Source: the human T2T-CHM13v2.0 reference genome, Homo sapiens
Length of the DNA: 64,000 nucleotides
Assembly (NCBI RefSeq): GCF_009914755.1
Contig: NC_060937.1
Reading direction: 5' to 3' (one strand)
Shown piece by piece: positions 1 to 14,200 of the stretch; the first letter of the stretch is position 1, and each line of letters opens with the position of its first letter. Under the pieces are notes generated by a model. That model did no database searches. It saw nothing but the letters and a program-made list of their open reading frames with translations, and was not told where the DNA came from. Position numbers and translations under genes: made by a program.

Positions 1-3000
1 TTCCATTCCATTCCAATCCATTCCATTCCATTCCATTCCACTCGGGTTGATTCCATACCATTCCATTCCATTCATTCCTTTCCATTCCATTCCATTCCAG
101 TCGGGTTGGTTCCATTCCATTCCTTTCCATTCCATTCCATTCCTTTCCATTCCATTCCTCTCGGGTTGATTCCGTTGCATTCCATTCCATTCCAATGCGC
201 TTGGGTTGATTCCAGTCCCTACCATTCCATTCCATTCATTTACATTACACTCCGGTTGATTCCATAGCATTCCATTCCATTCCATTCCATTCCTTTCCAT
301 TCCATCCCATTCGGGTTGATTCCATTCCATTCCGTTCCACTCCATTCCATTCCATTCTACTCCATTCCATTCCATTCCATTCCACCCGGATTGATTCCAT
401 TCCATTCCATTCCATTCCATTCCATTCCATTCCATTCCATTCCACTCTATTCCATTCCATTCCATTCCAGCTGGACTGACTCCATTCCATTCCATTCCAT
501 TCCAGTTGATTCCTTTGGATTGGATTCCGTTCCATTCCATTCCATTCCGTTCCATTCCATTCCACTCGAGTTGATTCCAATCCATTCCATTGCATTACAT
601 TCCATTTCATTCCAATCGTGTGGATTCCATTCCATTCCATTCCATTCCACTCGGGTTGATTCCATTCCGTTCCTTTCCATTCCATTCCATTCCATTCCAT
701 TCCATTCCATTCCATTCCATTCTGTTCCATTCCATTCGTGTTGATTCCATTCCATTCCACACCAATCCATTCCTTTCCATTCCAATCCATTTCATTCCAT
801 TCAATTCCACTCACATTCAATCTATTCCATTCCTTTTGATTCCATTCTGTTCCATTCCATTCTATTGGATTCTATACCATTCCATTCCACTCGGGATGAT
901 TCCATTCCTTTCCATTATATTCCGTTCCATTCCATTCCATTCCATTCCACTCGGGTTGATTCCATTCCTTTCCATTCCATTCCATTCCATTCCACTCAGG
1001 TTGTTTCCATTCCATTCCTTTCCATTTCATTCTATTCCATTCCATTCTATTCCATTCGATTCCACTCCATTCCATTCCATTCCTCTCCGGTTATTCCATT
1101 CCATTGCATTCCATTCCACTCGGGTTTTTTCCATTCCTTTCGATTCCATTTTTTTCCATTACATTCCGTTCCATTACATTCCATTCTATACCATTCCACT
1201 CAGGTTGATTCCATACCATTCTATTCCATTCCACTCTTTTAAATTCCATTCCATTCCATTCCACTCGGGTAGATTCCATTCCATTCCATTCCATTCCATT
1301 CCATTCCATTCCATTCCTTTCCACTCGGGTTGATTCCATTCCTTTCCATTCCATTCCATTCCATACCATTCCACCAAAGTTGATTGCATGTTATTCCATT
1401 ACATTCAATTCCATTCCATTCCATTCCTTTCCATTCCATTCCATTCTATTCCTTTCCACTCAGGGTGATTCCTTTCCATTCCATTCCATTGCATTCCATT
1501 CCATTGCGTTCCATTCCACTGTGGTTGTTTCCATTCCTTTCCATTAGTTTCCATTCCATTCCATTCCTTTCCATTCCATTCCATTCTATTCCTTTCCACT
1601 CAGGGTGATTCCATTGCATTCCATTCCAATGCATTCCATTCCAGTTGATACCATTGCATTGCGTTGTTTCCATTCCATTCCATTCCATTCCATTACATTA
1701 CATTCGGTTTTATTCGTTGACATTCCACTGCATTCCATTCCATTCCATTCCATTTCATTCCTCTTGGGTTGATTCCATTCCATTCCATGCCCCTTTATTC
1801 CATTCCATTCCATTCCATTCCTTTCCATTCCATTCCATTCCATTCCTTTCCACTTGGGTTGGTTCCATTCCATTCAATTCCGTTCCGTTCCGTTCTGTTC
1901 CATTCCATTCCATTCCATTCCATTCCACTCCATTCCATTCCACTCCACTCCGGTTGATTTCATACCATTCCATTCCATTCCATTTCATTCCATTACATTT
2001 CACTCGGGTTGATTCCATTCCATTCCATTCCATTTTATTCAATTCCATTCCGTTCCATTCCATTCCATTTCATACCATTCCACTCAGGTTGATTCCATAC
2101 CATTCCATTCCATTCCATTCCATGAAATTCCATTCCATTCCCTTCCACTCGGGTTGATTATTTTCCATTCCATTCCATTCCATTCCATTCCATTCCATTC
2201 CAATCCATTCCATTCGGGTTTATTCCATTCCATTCCATTCCATTCCATTCCATTCCACTCCATTCCATTCCATTCCACTCCATTCCATTGCATTCCATTC
2301 CATTCCACTCCATTCCATTCCATTCCATTCCACTCGGGTTGATTCCATTCCATTGCATTCTAATCCATTCCATTCCAATCCATTCCATTCCATTCCATTC
2401 CATTCCATTCCATTCCATTCTATTCCATTCCACTCCATTCCATTCCATTCCATTCCTTTCCGTTCCATTCCATTCGATTCCTTTCCATTGCATTCCGTTC
2501 CATTCCATTCCAATCCATTCCATTCCATTCCATTCCACTCGGGTTGATTCCATACCATTCCATTCCATTCATTCCTTTCCATGCCATTCCATTCCAGTCG
2601 GGTTGGTTCCATTCCATTCCTTTCCATTCCATTCCATTCCTTTCCATTCCATTCCTCTCGGGTTGATTCCGTTGCATTCCATTCCATTCCAATGCGCTTG
2701 GGTTGATTCCAGTCCCTACCATTCCATTCCATTCATTTACATTACACTCCGGTTGATTCCATAGCATTCCATTCCATTCCATTCCATTCCTTTCCATTCC
2801 ATCCCATTCGGGTTGATTCCATTCCATTCCGTTCCACTCCATTCCATTCCATTCTACTCCATTCCATTCCATTCCATTCCACCCGGATTGATTCCATTCC
2901 ATTCCATTCCATTCCATTCCATTCCATTCCATTCCACTCTATTCCATTCCATTCCATTCCAGCTGGACTGACTCCATTCCATTCCATTCCATTCCAGTTG

Positions 3001-3790
3001 ATTCCTTTGGATTGGATTCCGTTCCATTCCATTACATTCCGTTCCATTCCATTCCACTCGAGTTGATTCCAATCCATTCCATTGCATTACATTCCATTTC
3101 ATTCCAATCGTGTGGATTCCATTCCATTCCATTCCATTCCACTCGGGTTGATTCCATTCCGTTCCTTTCCATTCCATTCCATTCCATTCCATTCCATTCC
3201 ATTCCATTCCATTCTGTTCCATTCCATTCGTGTTGATTCCATTCCATTCCACACCAATCCATTCCTTTCCATTCCAATCCATTTCATTCCATTCAATTCC
3301 ACTCACATTCAATCTATTCCATTCCTTTTGATTCCATTCTGTTCCATTCCATTCTATTGGATTCCATACCATTCCATTCCACTCGGGATGATTCCATTCC
3401 ATTCCATTATATTCCGTTCCATTCCATTCCATTCCATTCCACTCGGGTTGATTCCATTCCTTTCCATTCCATTCCATTCCATTCCACTCAGGTTGTTTCC
3501 ATTCCATTCCTTTCCATTTCATTCTATTCCATTCCATTCTATTCCATTCGATTCCACTCCATTCCATTCCATTCCTCTCCGGTTATTCCATTCCATTGCA
3601 TTCCATTCCACTCGGGTTTTTTCCATTCCTTTCGATTCCATTTTTTTCCATTACATTCCGTTCCATTACATTCCATTCTATACCATTCCACTCACGTTGA
3701 TTCCATACCATTCTATTCCATTCCACTCTTTTAAATTCCATTCCATTCCATTCCACTCGGGTAGATTCCATTCCATTCCATTCCATTCCG
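1..3790 (+). repeat. Direct duplication: ~1-1300 repeated at ~2498-3790 (offset 2497, then 2492)
   Basis: Rare motifs recur at fixed offset: AATGCGCTTGGG 194/2691, ACCCGGATTG 384/2881 (2497), CTGGACTGAC 471/2963 (2492). ORF pairs 590/3082, 607/3099 and 865/3357 are all offset by 2492. Confidence 0.92.
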
Positions 3791-6700
3791 TTCCATTCCA
3801 TTCCATTCCATTCTATTCCATTCCATTCCATTAAATTCCATTCCATTCCATTCCACTCGGGTAGATTCCATTCCATTCCATTCCATTCCATTAGTTTCTA
3901 ATCGGGTTGATTCCAATCCATTCCATTATATTCAAGTCCTTTCCATTCCATGCCATTCCACTCGGGTTGTTTCCATTTTGTTGTATTCCATTCCATTCCA
4001 TTCCATTCAATTCCATTCCATTGCATTCCATTCTATTGCATTCCATTCCACGTGGTTTGTTTCCATTCCTTTCCATTAGGTTCCATTCCATTCCATTCCT
4101 TTCCATTCCATTCCATTCTATTCCTTTCCACTCAGGGTGATTCCATTCCATTCCATTCCATTGCATTCCATTCCATTGCATTCCATTCCACTGCATTCCA
4201 TTCCACTCGGGTTTTTTCCATTCCTTTCCATTAGTTTCAATTCCATTCCATTCCTTTCCATTCCATTCCATTCCATTCCGCTCGGTTTTATTCTTTGACA
4301 TTCCATTCCATTCCATTCCATTCCATTCCATTCCATTCCATTTCTTTCCTCTCGGGTTGATTCCATTCCATTCCATGCCCCTTTATTCCATTCCATTCCA
4401 TTCCATTCCATTCCATTCCGTTCCGTTCCATTCCATTCCATTCCATTCCATACCATTCCACCAAAGTTGATTGCATGTTTTTCCATTACATGCAATTCCA
4501 TTCCATTCCATTACATTCCATTCCATTCCTTTCCACTCGGGTTGATTCCATTCCTTTCCATTCCATTCCATTCCATTCCATTCCATTCCATTCCATTCCT
4601 TTCCATACCCTTCGGGTTGATTCCTTTCCATTCCATTACATTCCAAAACATTCCACTCCATTCCGTTCCATTCCATTCGGGTTGACTCCATTCCATTCCA
4701 TGCCCTTTTATTCCATTCCATTCCATTCCCTTCCATTCCATTCCATAAGATTCCAACAAAGTTGATTGCATGTTATTTCTTTCCACTCCATTCCATTCCA
4801 TTCTATTCCTTTCCACTCGGGTTCATTCCATTCCATTCAATTCCATTCTGTTCCTTTCTGTTCCGTTCCATTCCATTCCATTTCATTCCATTGTATTCCA
4901 CTCGGGATGATTCCATTCCATTCCATTCCATTCCATTCCCTTCGAGTTGATTCCATTCCATTCCATTCCATTCCATTCCATTCCATTCCATTCCATTCCC
5001 TTCGAGTTGATTCCATTCCATTCCATTCCATTCCATTCCATTCCATTCCATTCCATTCCATACCATTCCACTCCATTCCGTTCCATTCTATTCGGGTTGA
5101 TTCCGTTCCATTCCATGCCCTTTTATTCCATTCCATTCCATTCCGTTCCATTCCATTCCATACCATTCCACCAAAGTTGATTGCATGTTATTCCATTCCA
5201 TTCCATTCCATTCCATTCCATTCCATTCCATTCCATTCTATTCCATTCCCTTCCATTACCTTCCATTCCTTTTCTACTCGGGTTGATTCCATTCCATTCA
5301 ATTCCGTTCCGTTCCATTCTGTTCCATTCCATTCCATTCCATTTCTTTCAATTGCATTCCATTCGGGTTGATTCCATTCCATTCCATTCCATTCCATTCC
5401 ATTCCATTCCAGTCCATTCCATACCCTTCGGTTTGATTCCTTTCCATTTCATTCCATTCCATACTATTCCACTCCATTCCGTTCGGATTGATTCCATTCC
5501 ATTTCGTTCCATTCCATTCCATACTATTCAACTAGGGTTGATTCCATACCATTCCATTCCATTGCATTGCATTCCATTCCATTCCACTCGGGTTGATTCC
5601 CTTCCATTCCATTCGAATCTATTCCATTCCATTCCATTCCATTCCATTCCATTCCATTCCATTCCATTCCATTCCACTCGGGTAGATTCCATTCCATTCC
5701 ATTCCATTCCGTTCCATTCCATTCCATTCCATTCCGTTCCATTCCATTCTATTCCATTCCATTCCATTAAATTCCATTCCATTCCATTCCACTCGGGTAG
5801 ATTCCATTCCATTCCATTCCATTCCATTATTTTCTAATCGGGTTGATTCCAATACATTCCATTATATTCAAGTCCTTTCCATTCCATGCCATTCCACACG
5901 GGTTGTTTCCATTTTGTTGTATTCCATTCCATTCCATTCCATTCAATTCCATTCCATTGCATTCCATTCTATTGCATTCCATTACACGTGGTTTGTTTCC
6001 ATTCCTTTCCATTAGGTTCCATTCCATTCCATTCCTTTCCATTCCATTCCATTCTATTCCTTTCCACTCAGGGTGATTCCATTCCATTCCATTCCATTGC
6101 ATTCCATTCCATTGCATTCCATTCCACTCGGTTTGTTTCCATTCCTTTCCATTAGTTTCCATTCCATTCCATTCCTTTCCATTCCATTCCATTCCATTCC
6201 GCTCGGTTTTATTCATTGACATTCCATTCCATTCCATTTCATTCCTCTCGGGTTGATTCCATTCCATTCCATGCCCCTTTATTCCATTCCATTCCATTCC
6301 ATTCCGTTCCATTCCATTCCATTCCATTCCATACCATTCCACCAAAGTTGATTGCATGTTTTTCCATTCCATTCCATTCCATTCCATTCCATTCCATTCC
6401 TTTCCACTCGGGTTGATTCCATTCCTTTCCATTCCATTCCATTCCATTCCTTTCCATACCCTTCGGGTTGATTCCTTTCCATTCCATTACATTCCATACC
6501 ATTCCACTCCATTCCATTCCATTCCATTCGGTTTGACTCCATTCCATTCCATGCCCTTTTATTCCATTCCATTCCATTCCATTCCATTCCATTCCATACC
6601 ATTCCAACAAAGTTGATTGCATGTTATTCCATTCCACTCCATTCCATTCCATTCTATTCCTTTCCACTCGGGTTCATTCCATTCCATTCAATTCCATTCC

Positions 6701-7150
6701 GTTCCTTTCTGTTCCGTTCCATTCCATTCCATTTCATTCCATTGTATTCCACTCAGGATGATTCCATTCCATTCCATTCCATTCCATTCCATTCTATTCC
6801 ATTCCATTCCCTTCGAGTTGATTCCATTCAATTCCATTCCATTCCATTCCATACCATTCCACTCCATTCCGTTCCATTCTATTCGGGTTGATTCCGTTCC
6901 ATTCCATGCCCTTTTATTCCATTCCATTCCATTCCGTTCCATTCCATTCCATACCATTCCACCAAATTTGATTGCATGTTATTCCTTTCCATTCCATTCC
7001 ATTCCATTCCTTTCCATTCCATTCCCTTCCATTCCCTTCCATTCCTTTTCCACTCGGGTTGATTCCATTCCATTCAATTCCGTTCCGTTCCGTTCCATTC
7101 CATTCCATTCCATTCCATTTCATTCAATTTCATTCCACTCGGGTTGATTC
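3760..7150 (+). repeat. Tandem paralogous pair, period ~1.85-1.94 kb (~3760-5340 vs ~5700-7150)
   Basis: TTTCTAATCGGGTTG...ATATTCAAGTCC...TTTTGTTGTATT occurs at ~3895-3985 and ~5831-5921. ORF pairs 3907/5843 and 3950/5886 are offset 1936, and 4762/6613 and 4766/6617 are offset 1851. Confidence 0.85.
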
Positions 7151-8210
7151 CATTCCATTCTATTCCATTCCATTCCATTCCATTCCATTCCAGTCCATTC
7201 CATACCCTTCGGTTTGATTCCTTTCCATTCCATTCTATTCCATACTATTCCACTCCATTCCGTTCGGATTGATTCCCTTCCATTCCTTTCCATTCCATTC
7301 CATACTATTCAACAAGGGTTGATTCCATACCATTCCATTCCATTGCATTGCATTCCATTCCATTCCACTCGGGTTGATTCCCTTCCATTCCATTCCAATC
7401 CATTCCATTCCATTCCATTCCATTCCATTCCATTCCATTCCATTCTATTCCATTCCATTCCACTCGGGTTGATTCCATTCCATTCCATTCCATTCCATTC
7501 CATTCCATTCCATTCCATTCCACTCCATTCCATTACATTCCATTCCACTCAGGTTAATTCCGTTCCATTCCATTCCAATGCATTCGATTCCATTCAATTC
7601 CATTGGGGTCCATTCCATTCCATTCCATTCCAATCCGTTCTGTTCCATTTCATTCAATTCCTTTCCATTGCATTCCGTACCATTCCATTCTATTCTATTC
7701 CATTCCATTGCATTCCATGCCATTCCATTCCATTTGACTCAGGTTGATTCCGTTCCATTCCATTCCATTCCATTCCATTCCATTCCATTCCATTCCAGTT
7801 GATTCCATTGCATTCCATTCCATTCCATTCCATTCCATTCCATTCCATTCCATTCCACTCGGGTTGATTCCATTCCATTCCATTCCTTTCCATTCCATTC
7901 CATTCCGTTCCACTCGGCTTGATTCCATTCCATTCCATTCCAGTTTTTCCACTCCACTCGGGTTGATTCCATTCCATTCCATTCCATTCCAGTTGATTCC
8001 ATTCCATTCCATTGCTTTCCATTCCATTCCATTCCATTCAGGTTGATTCAGTTCCTTTCCATTGCATTCCATTGCATTCCATTCCAGTTGATTCCATTGC
8101 ATTCCATTCCATTCAAATGCATTCCATTCCATCCCATTCCATCCCATTCCATTCCATTCCATTCCATTCCAATGCATTCCATTGCATTCCATTCCAGATG
8201 ATTCCATTGC

Positions 8211-11200
8211 ATTCCATTCCATTCCATTCCATCCCATTCCATTCCATTCCATTCCATTCCATTGCATTCCATTGCATTCCAATGCATTCCATTCCAGTTG
8301 ATTCCATTGCATTCCATTCCATTCAAATGCATTCCATTCCATTCCATTCCATCCCATTCCATTCCATTCCATTCCATTCCATTCCATTCCATTCCATTCC
8401 ATTCGGGTTGATTCCATTCCATTCCATTCAATTCCATTCCATTCCACTCCATTCCATTACATTCCATTGCACTCTGGTTGATTCCATTCCATTCCATTCC
8501 GTTCCATTCTACTCGGGTTGATTCCATTCCATTCCATTTCATTCCATTCGATTTCATTCCACTGGTGTTGATTCCATTCCACTCCATTCCATTCCATTCC
8601 ATTCCATTCGGGTTTATTCCATTTCATTCCATTCCATTCCATTCCATTGCATTCCATTACTTTCCATTCTATTCCATTGCATTCCATTCCATTTGTGTTG
8701 ATTCCATTCCATTCCATTCCATTCCATTCCACTCCATTCCAATCCATTACATTCCACTCGGGTTGAATCCTTTCCATTCCATTCCAATGCATTCCCTTCC
8801 ATTCAATTCCACTCGGATTCAATCAATTCCATTCCATTCCATTCCACTCGGGTTGTTCCATTCCATTCCATTCCTTTCCATTCCATTCCATTCCGTTCCA
8901 CTCGGCTTGATTCCATTCCATTCCATTCCATTTTTTGCACTCCACTCGGGTTGATTCCATTCCATTCCATTCCATTCCAGTGGATTCCATTCCATTCCAT
9001 TCCATTCCATTCCATTCCATTCAGGTTGATTCAGTTCCTTTCCATTCCATTCCATAGCATTCCATTCCAGTTGATTCCATTGCATTCCATTCCATTCAAA
9101 TGCATTCCATTCCATTCCATTCCATTCCATTCCATTCCATTCCATTCCATTTCATTCCTCTCGGGTTGATTCCATTACATTCCATGCCCCTTTATTCCAT
9201 TCCATTCCATTCCATTCCATTCCATTCCATTCCATTCCATACCATTCCACGAAAGTTGATTGCATGTTTTTCCATTATATTCAATTCCATTGCATTCCAT
9301 TCCATTCCATACCATTCCACCAAAGTTGATTGCATGTTTTTCCATTACATTCAATTCCATTGCATTCCATTCCATTCCATTCCATTCCATTCCATTCCAT
9401 TCCATTCCTTTCCACTCAGGTTGATTCCATTCCTTTCCATTCCATTCCATTCCATTCCATTCCATTCCTTTCCATACCCTTCGGGTTGATTCCTTTCCAT
9501 TCCATTACATTCCATACCATTCCACTCCATTCCGTTCCATTCCATTCGGGTTGACTCCATTCCATTCCATGCCCTTTTATTCCATTCCATTCCATTCCAT
9601 ACCATTCCAACAAAGTTGATTGCATGTTATTCCATTCCACTCCATTCCATTCCATTCTATTCCTTTCCACTCGGGTTCATTCCATTCCATTCAATTCCAT
9701 TCCGTTCCTTTCTGTTCCGTTCCATTCCATTCCATTTCATTCCATTGTATTCCACTCGGGATGATTGCATTCCATTCCATTCCATTCCATTCTATTCCAT
9801 TCCATTCCCTTCGAGTTGATTCCATTCAATTCCATTCCATTCCATTCCATACCATTCCACTCCATTCCGTTCTATTCTATTCGGGTTGATTCCGTTCCAT
9901 TCCATGCCCTTTTATTCCATTCCATTCCATTCCGTTCCATTCCATTCCATACCATTCCACCAAAGTTGATTGCATGTAATTCCATTCCATTCCATTCCAT
10001 TCCATTCCATTCCATTCCATTCCCTTCCATTCCCTTCCATTACTTTTCCACTCGGGTTGATTCCATTCCATTCAATTCCGTTCCGTTCCGTTCCATTCCA
10101 TTCCATTCCATTCCATTTCATTCAATTGCATTCCACTCGAGTTGATTCTATTCCATTCCATTCCATTCCATTCCATTCCATTCCAGTCCATTCCATACCC
10201 TTCGGTTTGATTCCTTTCCATTCCATTCTATTCCATACTATTCCACTCCATTCCGTTCGGATTGATTCCCTTCCATTCCGTTCCATTCCATTCCATACTA
10301 TTCAACTAGGGTTGATTCCATACCATTCCATTCCATTGCATTGCATTCCATTCCATTCCACTCGGGTTGATTCCCTTCCATTCCATTCCAATCCATTCCA
10401 TTCCATTCCATTCCATTCCATTCCATTCCACTCGGGTTGATTCCATTCCATTCCATTCCATTCCATTCCACTCCATTCCATTACATTCCATTCCACTCAG
10501 GTTAATTCCGTTCCATTCCATTCCAATCCATTCGATTCCATTCAATTCCATTGGGGTCCATTCCATTCCATTCCATTCCGTTCCGTTCTGTTCCATTTCA
10601 TTCAATTCCTTTCCATTGCATTCCGTACCATTCCATTCTATTCTATTCCATTCCATTCCATTCCATGCCATTCCATTCCATTTTACTCAGGTTGATTCCG
10701 TTCCATTCCATTCCAGTTGATTCCATTGCATTCCATTCCATTCCATTCCATTCCATTCCATTCCATTCCACTCGGGTTGATTCCATTCCATTCCATTCCT
10801 TTCCATTCCATTCCATTCCGTTCCACTCGGCTTGATTCCATTCCATTCCATTCCATTCCATTCCATTCCATTCAATTCCATTCCATTCCATTCCATTCCA
10901 CTCGGGTTGATTCCATTCCATTCCATTCCTTTCCATTCCATTCCATTCCGTTCCACTCGGCTTGATTCCATTCCATTCCATTCCATTCCATTCCATTCCA
11001 TTCCATTCCATTCCATTCAATTCCATTCCATTCCATTCCATTCCACTCGGGTTGATTCCATTCCATTCCATTCCTTTCCATTCCATTCCATTCCGTTCCA
11101 CTCGGCTTGATTCCATTCCATTCCATTCCAGTTTTCCCACTCCACTCGTGTTGATTCCATTCCATTCCATTCCATTCCAGTTGATTCCATTCCATTCCAT

Positions 11201-14200
11201 TGCTTTCCATTCCATTCCATTCCATTCAGGTTGATTCAGTTCCTTTCCATTGCATTCCATTGCATTCCATTCCAGTTGATTCCATTGTATTCCATTCCAT
11301 TCAAATGCGTTCCATTCCATTCCATTCCATCCCATTCCAATCCATTCCATTCCATTCCATTCCATTCCATTCCATTGCATTCCATTGCATTCCATTCCAG
11401 TTGATTCCATTGCATTCCATTCCATTCAAATGCATTCCATTCCATTCCATTCCATCCCATTCCATTCCATTCCATTCCATTCCATTCCATTCCATTCCAC
11501 TCCATTCCATTACATTCCATTGCACTCTGGTTGATTCCATTCCATTCCATTCCGTTCCATTCTACTCGGGTTGATTCCATTCCATTCCATTTCATTCCAT
11601 TCGATTTCATTCCACTGGTGTTGTTTCCATTCCACTCCATTCCATTCCATTCCATTCCATTCGGGTTTATTCCATTTCATTCCATTCCATTCCATTCCAT
11701 TGCATTCCATTACTTTCCATTCTATTCCATTGCATTCCATTCCATTTGTGTTGATTCCATTCCATTCCATTCCATTCCATTCCACTCCATTCCAATCCAT
11801 TACATTCCACTCGGGTTGAATCCTTTCCATTCCATTCCAATGCATTCCCTTCCATTCAATTCCACTCGGATTCAATCAATTCCATTCCATTCCATTCCAC
11901 TCGGGTTGTTCCATTCCATTCCATTCCTTTCCATTCCATTCCATTCCGTTCCACTCGGCTTTATTCCATTCCATTCCATTCCATTTTTTGCACTCCACTC
12001 GGGTTTATTCCATTCCATTCTATTCCATTCCAGTTGATTCCATTCCATTCCAGTTGATTCCATTCCATTCCATTCCATTCCATTCAGGTTGATTCAGTTC
12101 CTTTCCATACCATTCCATTGCATTCCATTCCAGTTGATTCCATTGCATTCCATTCCATTCAAATGCATTCCATTCCATTCCATTCCATTCCATTCCATTC
12201 CATTCCATTCGGGTTGATTCCATTCCATTCCATTCAATTCCATTCCATTCCACTCCATTCCATTACATTCCATTGCACTCTGGTTGATTCCATTCCATTA
12301 CATTCCGTTCCATTCTACTCGGGTTGATTCCATTCCATTCCATTTCATTCCATTCGATTTCATTCCACTGTTGTTTATTCCATTCTACTCCATTCCATTC
12401 CATTCCAGTCCATTCCATACCCTTCGGTTTGATTCCTTTCCATTCCATTCTATTCCATACTATTCCACTCCATTCCGTTCGGATTGATTCCCTTCCATTC
12501 CGTTCCATTCCATTCCATACTATTCAACTAGGGTTGATTCCATACCATTCCATTCCATTGCATTGCATTCCATTCCATTCCACTCGGGTTGATTCCCTTC
12601 CATTCCATTCCAATCCATTCCATTCCATTCCATTCCATTCCATTCCATTCCATTCCATTCCATTCCACTCGGGTTGATTCCATTCCATTCCATTCCATTC
12701 CATTCCATTCCATTCCATTCCATTCCACTCCATTCCATTACATTCCATTCCACTCAGGTTAATTCCGTTCCATTCCATTCCAATCCATTCGATTCCATTC
12801 AATTCCATTGGGATCCATTCCATTCCATTCCATTCCGTTCCGTTCTGTTCCATTTCATTCAATTCCTTTCCATTGCATTCCGTACCATTCCATTCTATTC
12901 TATTCCATTCAATTGCATTCCATGCCATTCCATTCCATTTGACTCAGGTTGATTCCGTTCCATTCCATTCCATTCCATTCCATTCCATTCCAGTTGATTC
13001 CATTGCATTCCATTCCATTCCATTCCATTCCATTCCATTCCACTCCACTCGGGTTGATTCCATTCCATTCCATTCCTTTCCATTCCATTCCATTCCGTTC
13101 CACTCGGCTTGATTCCATTCCATTCCATTCCAGTTTTTCCACTCCACTTGGGTTGATTCCATTCCATTCCATTCCATTCCATTCCAGTTGATTCCATTCC
13201 ATTCCATTGCTTTCCATTCCATTCCATTCCATTCAGGTTGATTCAGTTCCTTTCCATTGCATTCCATTGTATTCCATTCCAGTTGATTCCATTGCATTCC
13301 ATTCCATTCAAATGCATTCCATTCCATTCCATTCCATCCCATTCCATTCCATTCCATTCCATTCCATTGCATTCCATTGCATTCCAATGCATTCCATTCC
13401 AGTTGATTCCATTGCATTCCATTCCATTCAAATGCATTCCATTCCATTCCATTCCATCCCATTCCATTCCATTCCATTCCATTCCATTCCATTCCATTCC
13501 ATTCCATTCGGGTTGATTCCATTCCATTCCATTCAATTCCATTCCATTCCACTCCATTCCATTACATTCCATTGCACTCTGGTTGATTCCATTCCATTCC
13601 ATTCCGTTCCATTCTACTCGGGTTGATTCCATTCCATTCCATTTCATTCCATTCGATTTCATTCCACTGGTGTTGATTCCATTCCACTCCATTCCATTCC
13701 ATTCCATTCCATTCGGGTTTATTCCATTTCATTCCATTCCATTCCATTCCATTGCATTCCATTACTTTCCATTCTATTCCATTGCATTCCATTCCATTTG
13801 TGTTGATTCCATTCCATTCCATTCCATTCCATTCCACTCCATTCCAATCCATTACATTCCACTCGGGTTGAATCCTTTCCATTCCATTCCAATGCATTCC
13901 CTTCCATTCAATTCCACTCGGATTCAATCAATTCCATTCCATTCCATTCCACTCGGGTTGTTCCATTCCATTCCATTCCTTTCCATTCCATTCCATTCCG
14001 TTCCACTCGGCTTGATTCCATTCCATTCCATTCCATTTTTTGCACTCCACTCGGGTTGATTCCATTCCATTCCATTCCATTCCAGTGGATTCCATTCCAT
14101 TCCATTCCATTCCATTCCATTCCATTCAGGTTGATTCAGTTCCTTTCCATTCCATTCCATAGCATTCCATTCCAGTTGATTCCATTGCATTCCATTCCAT

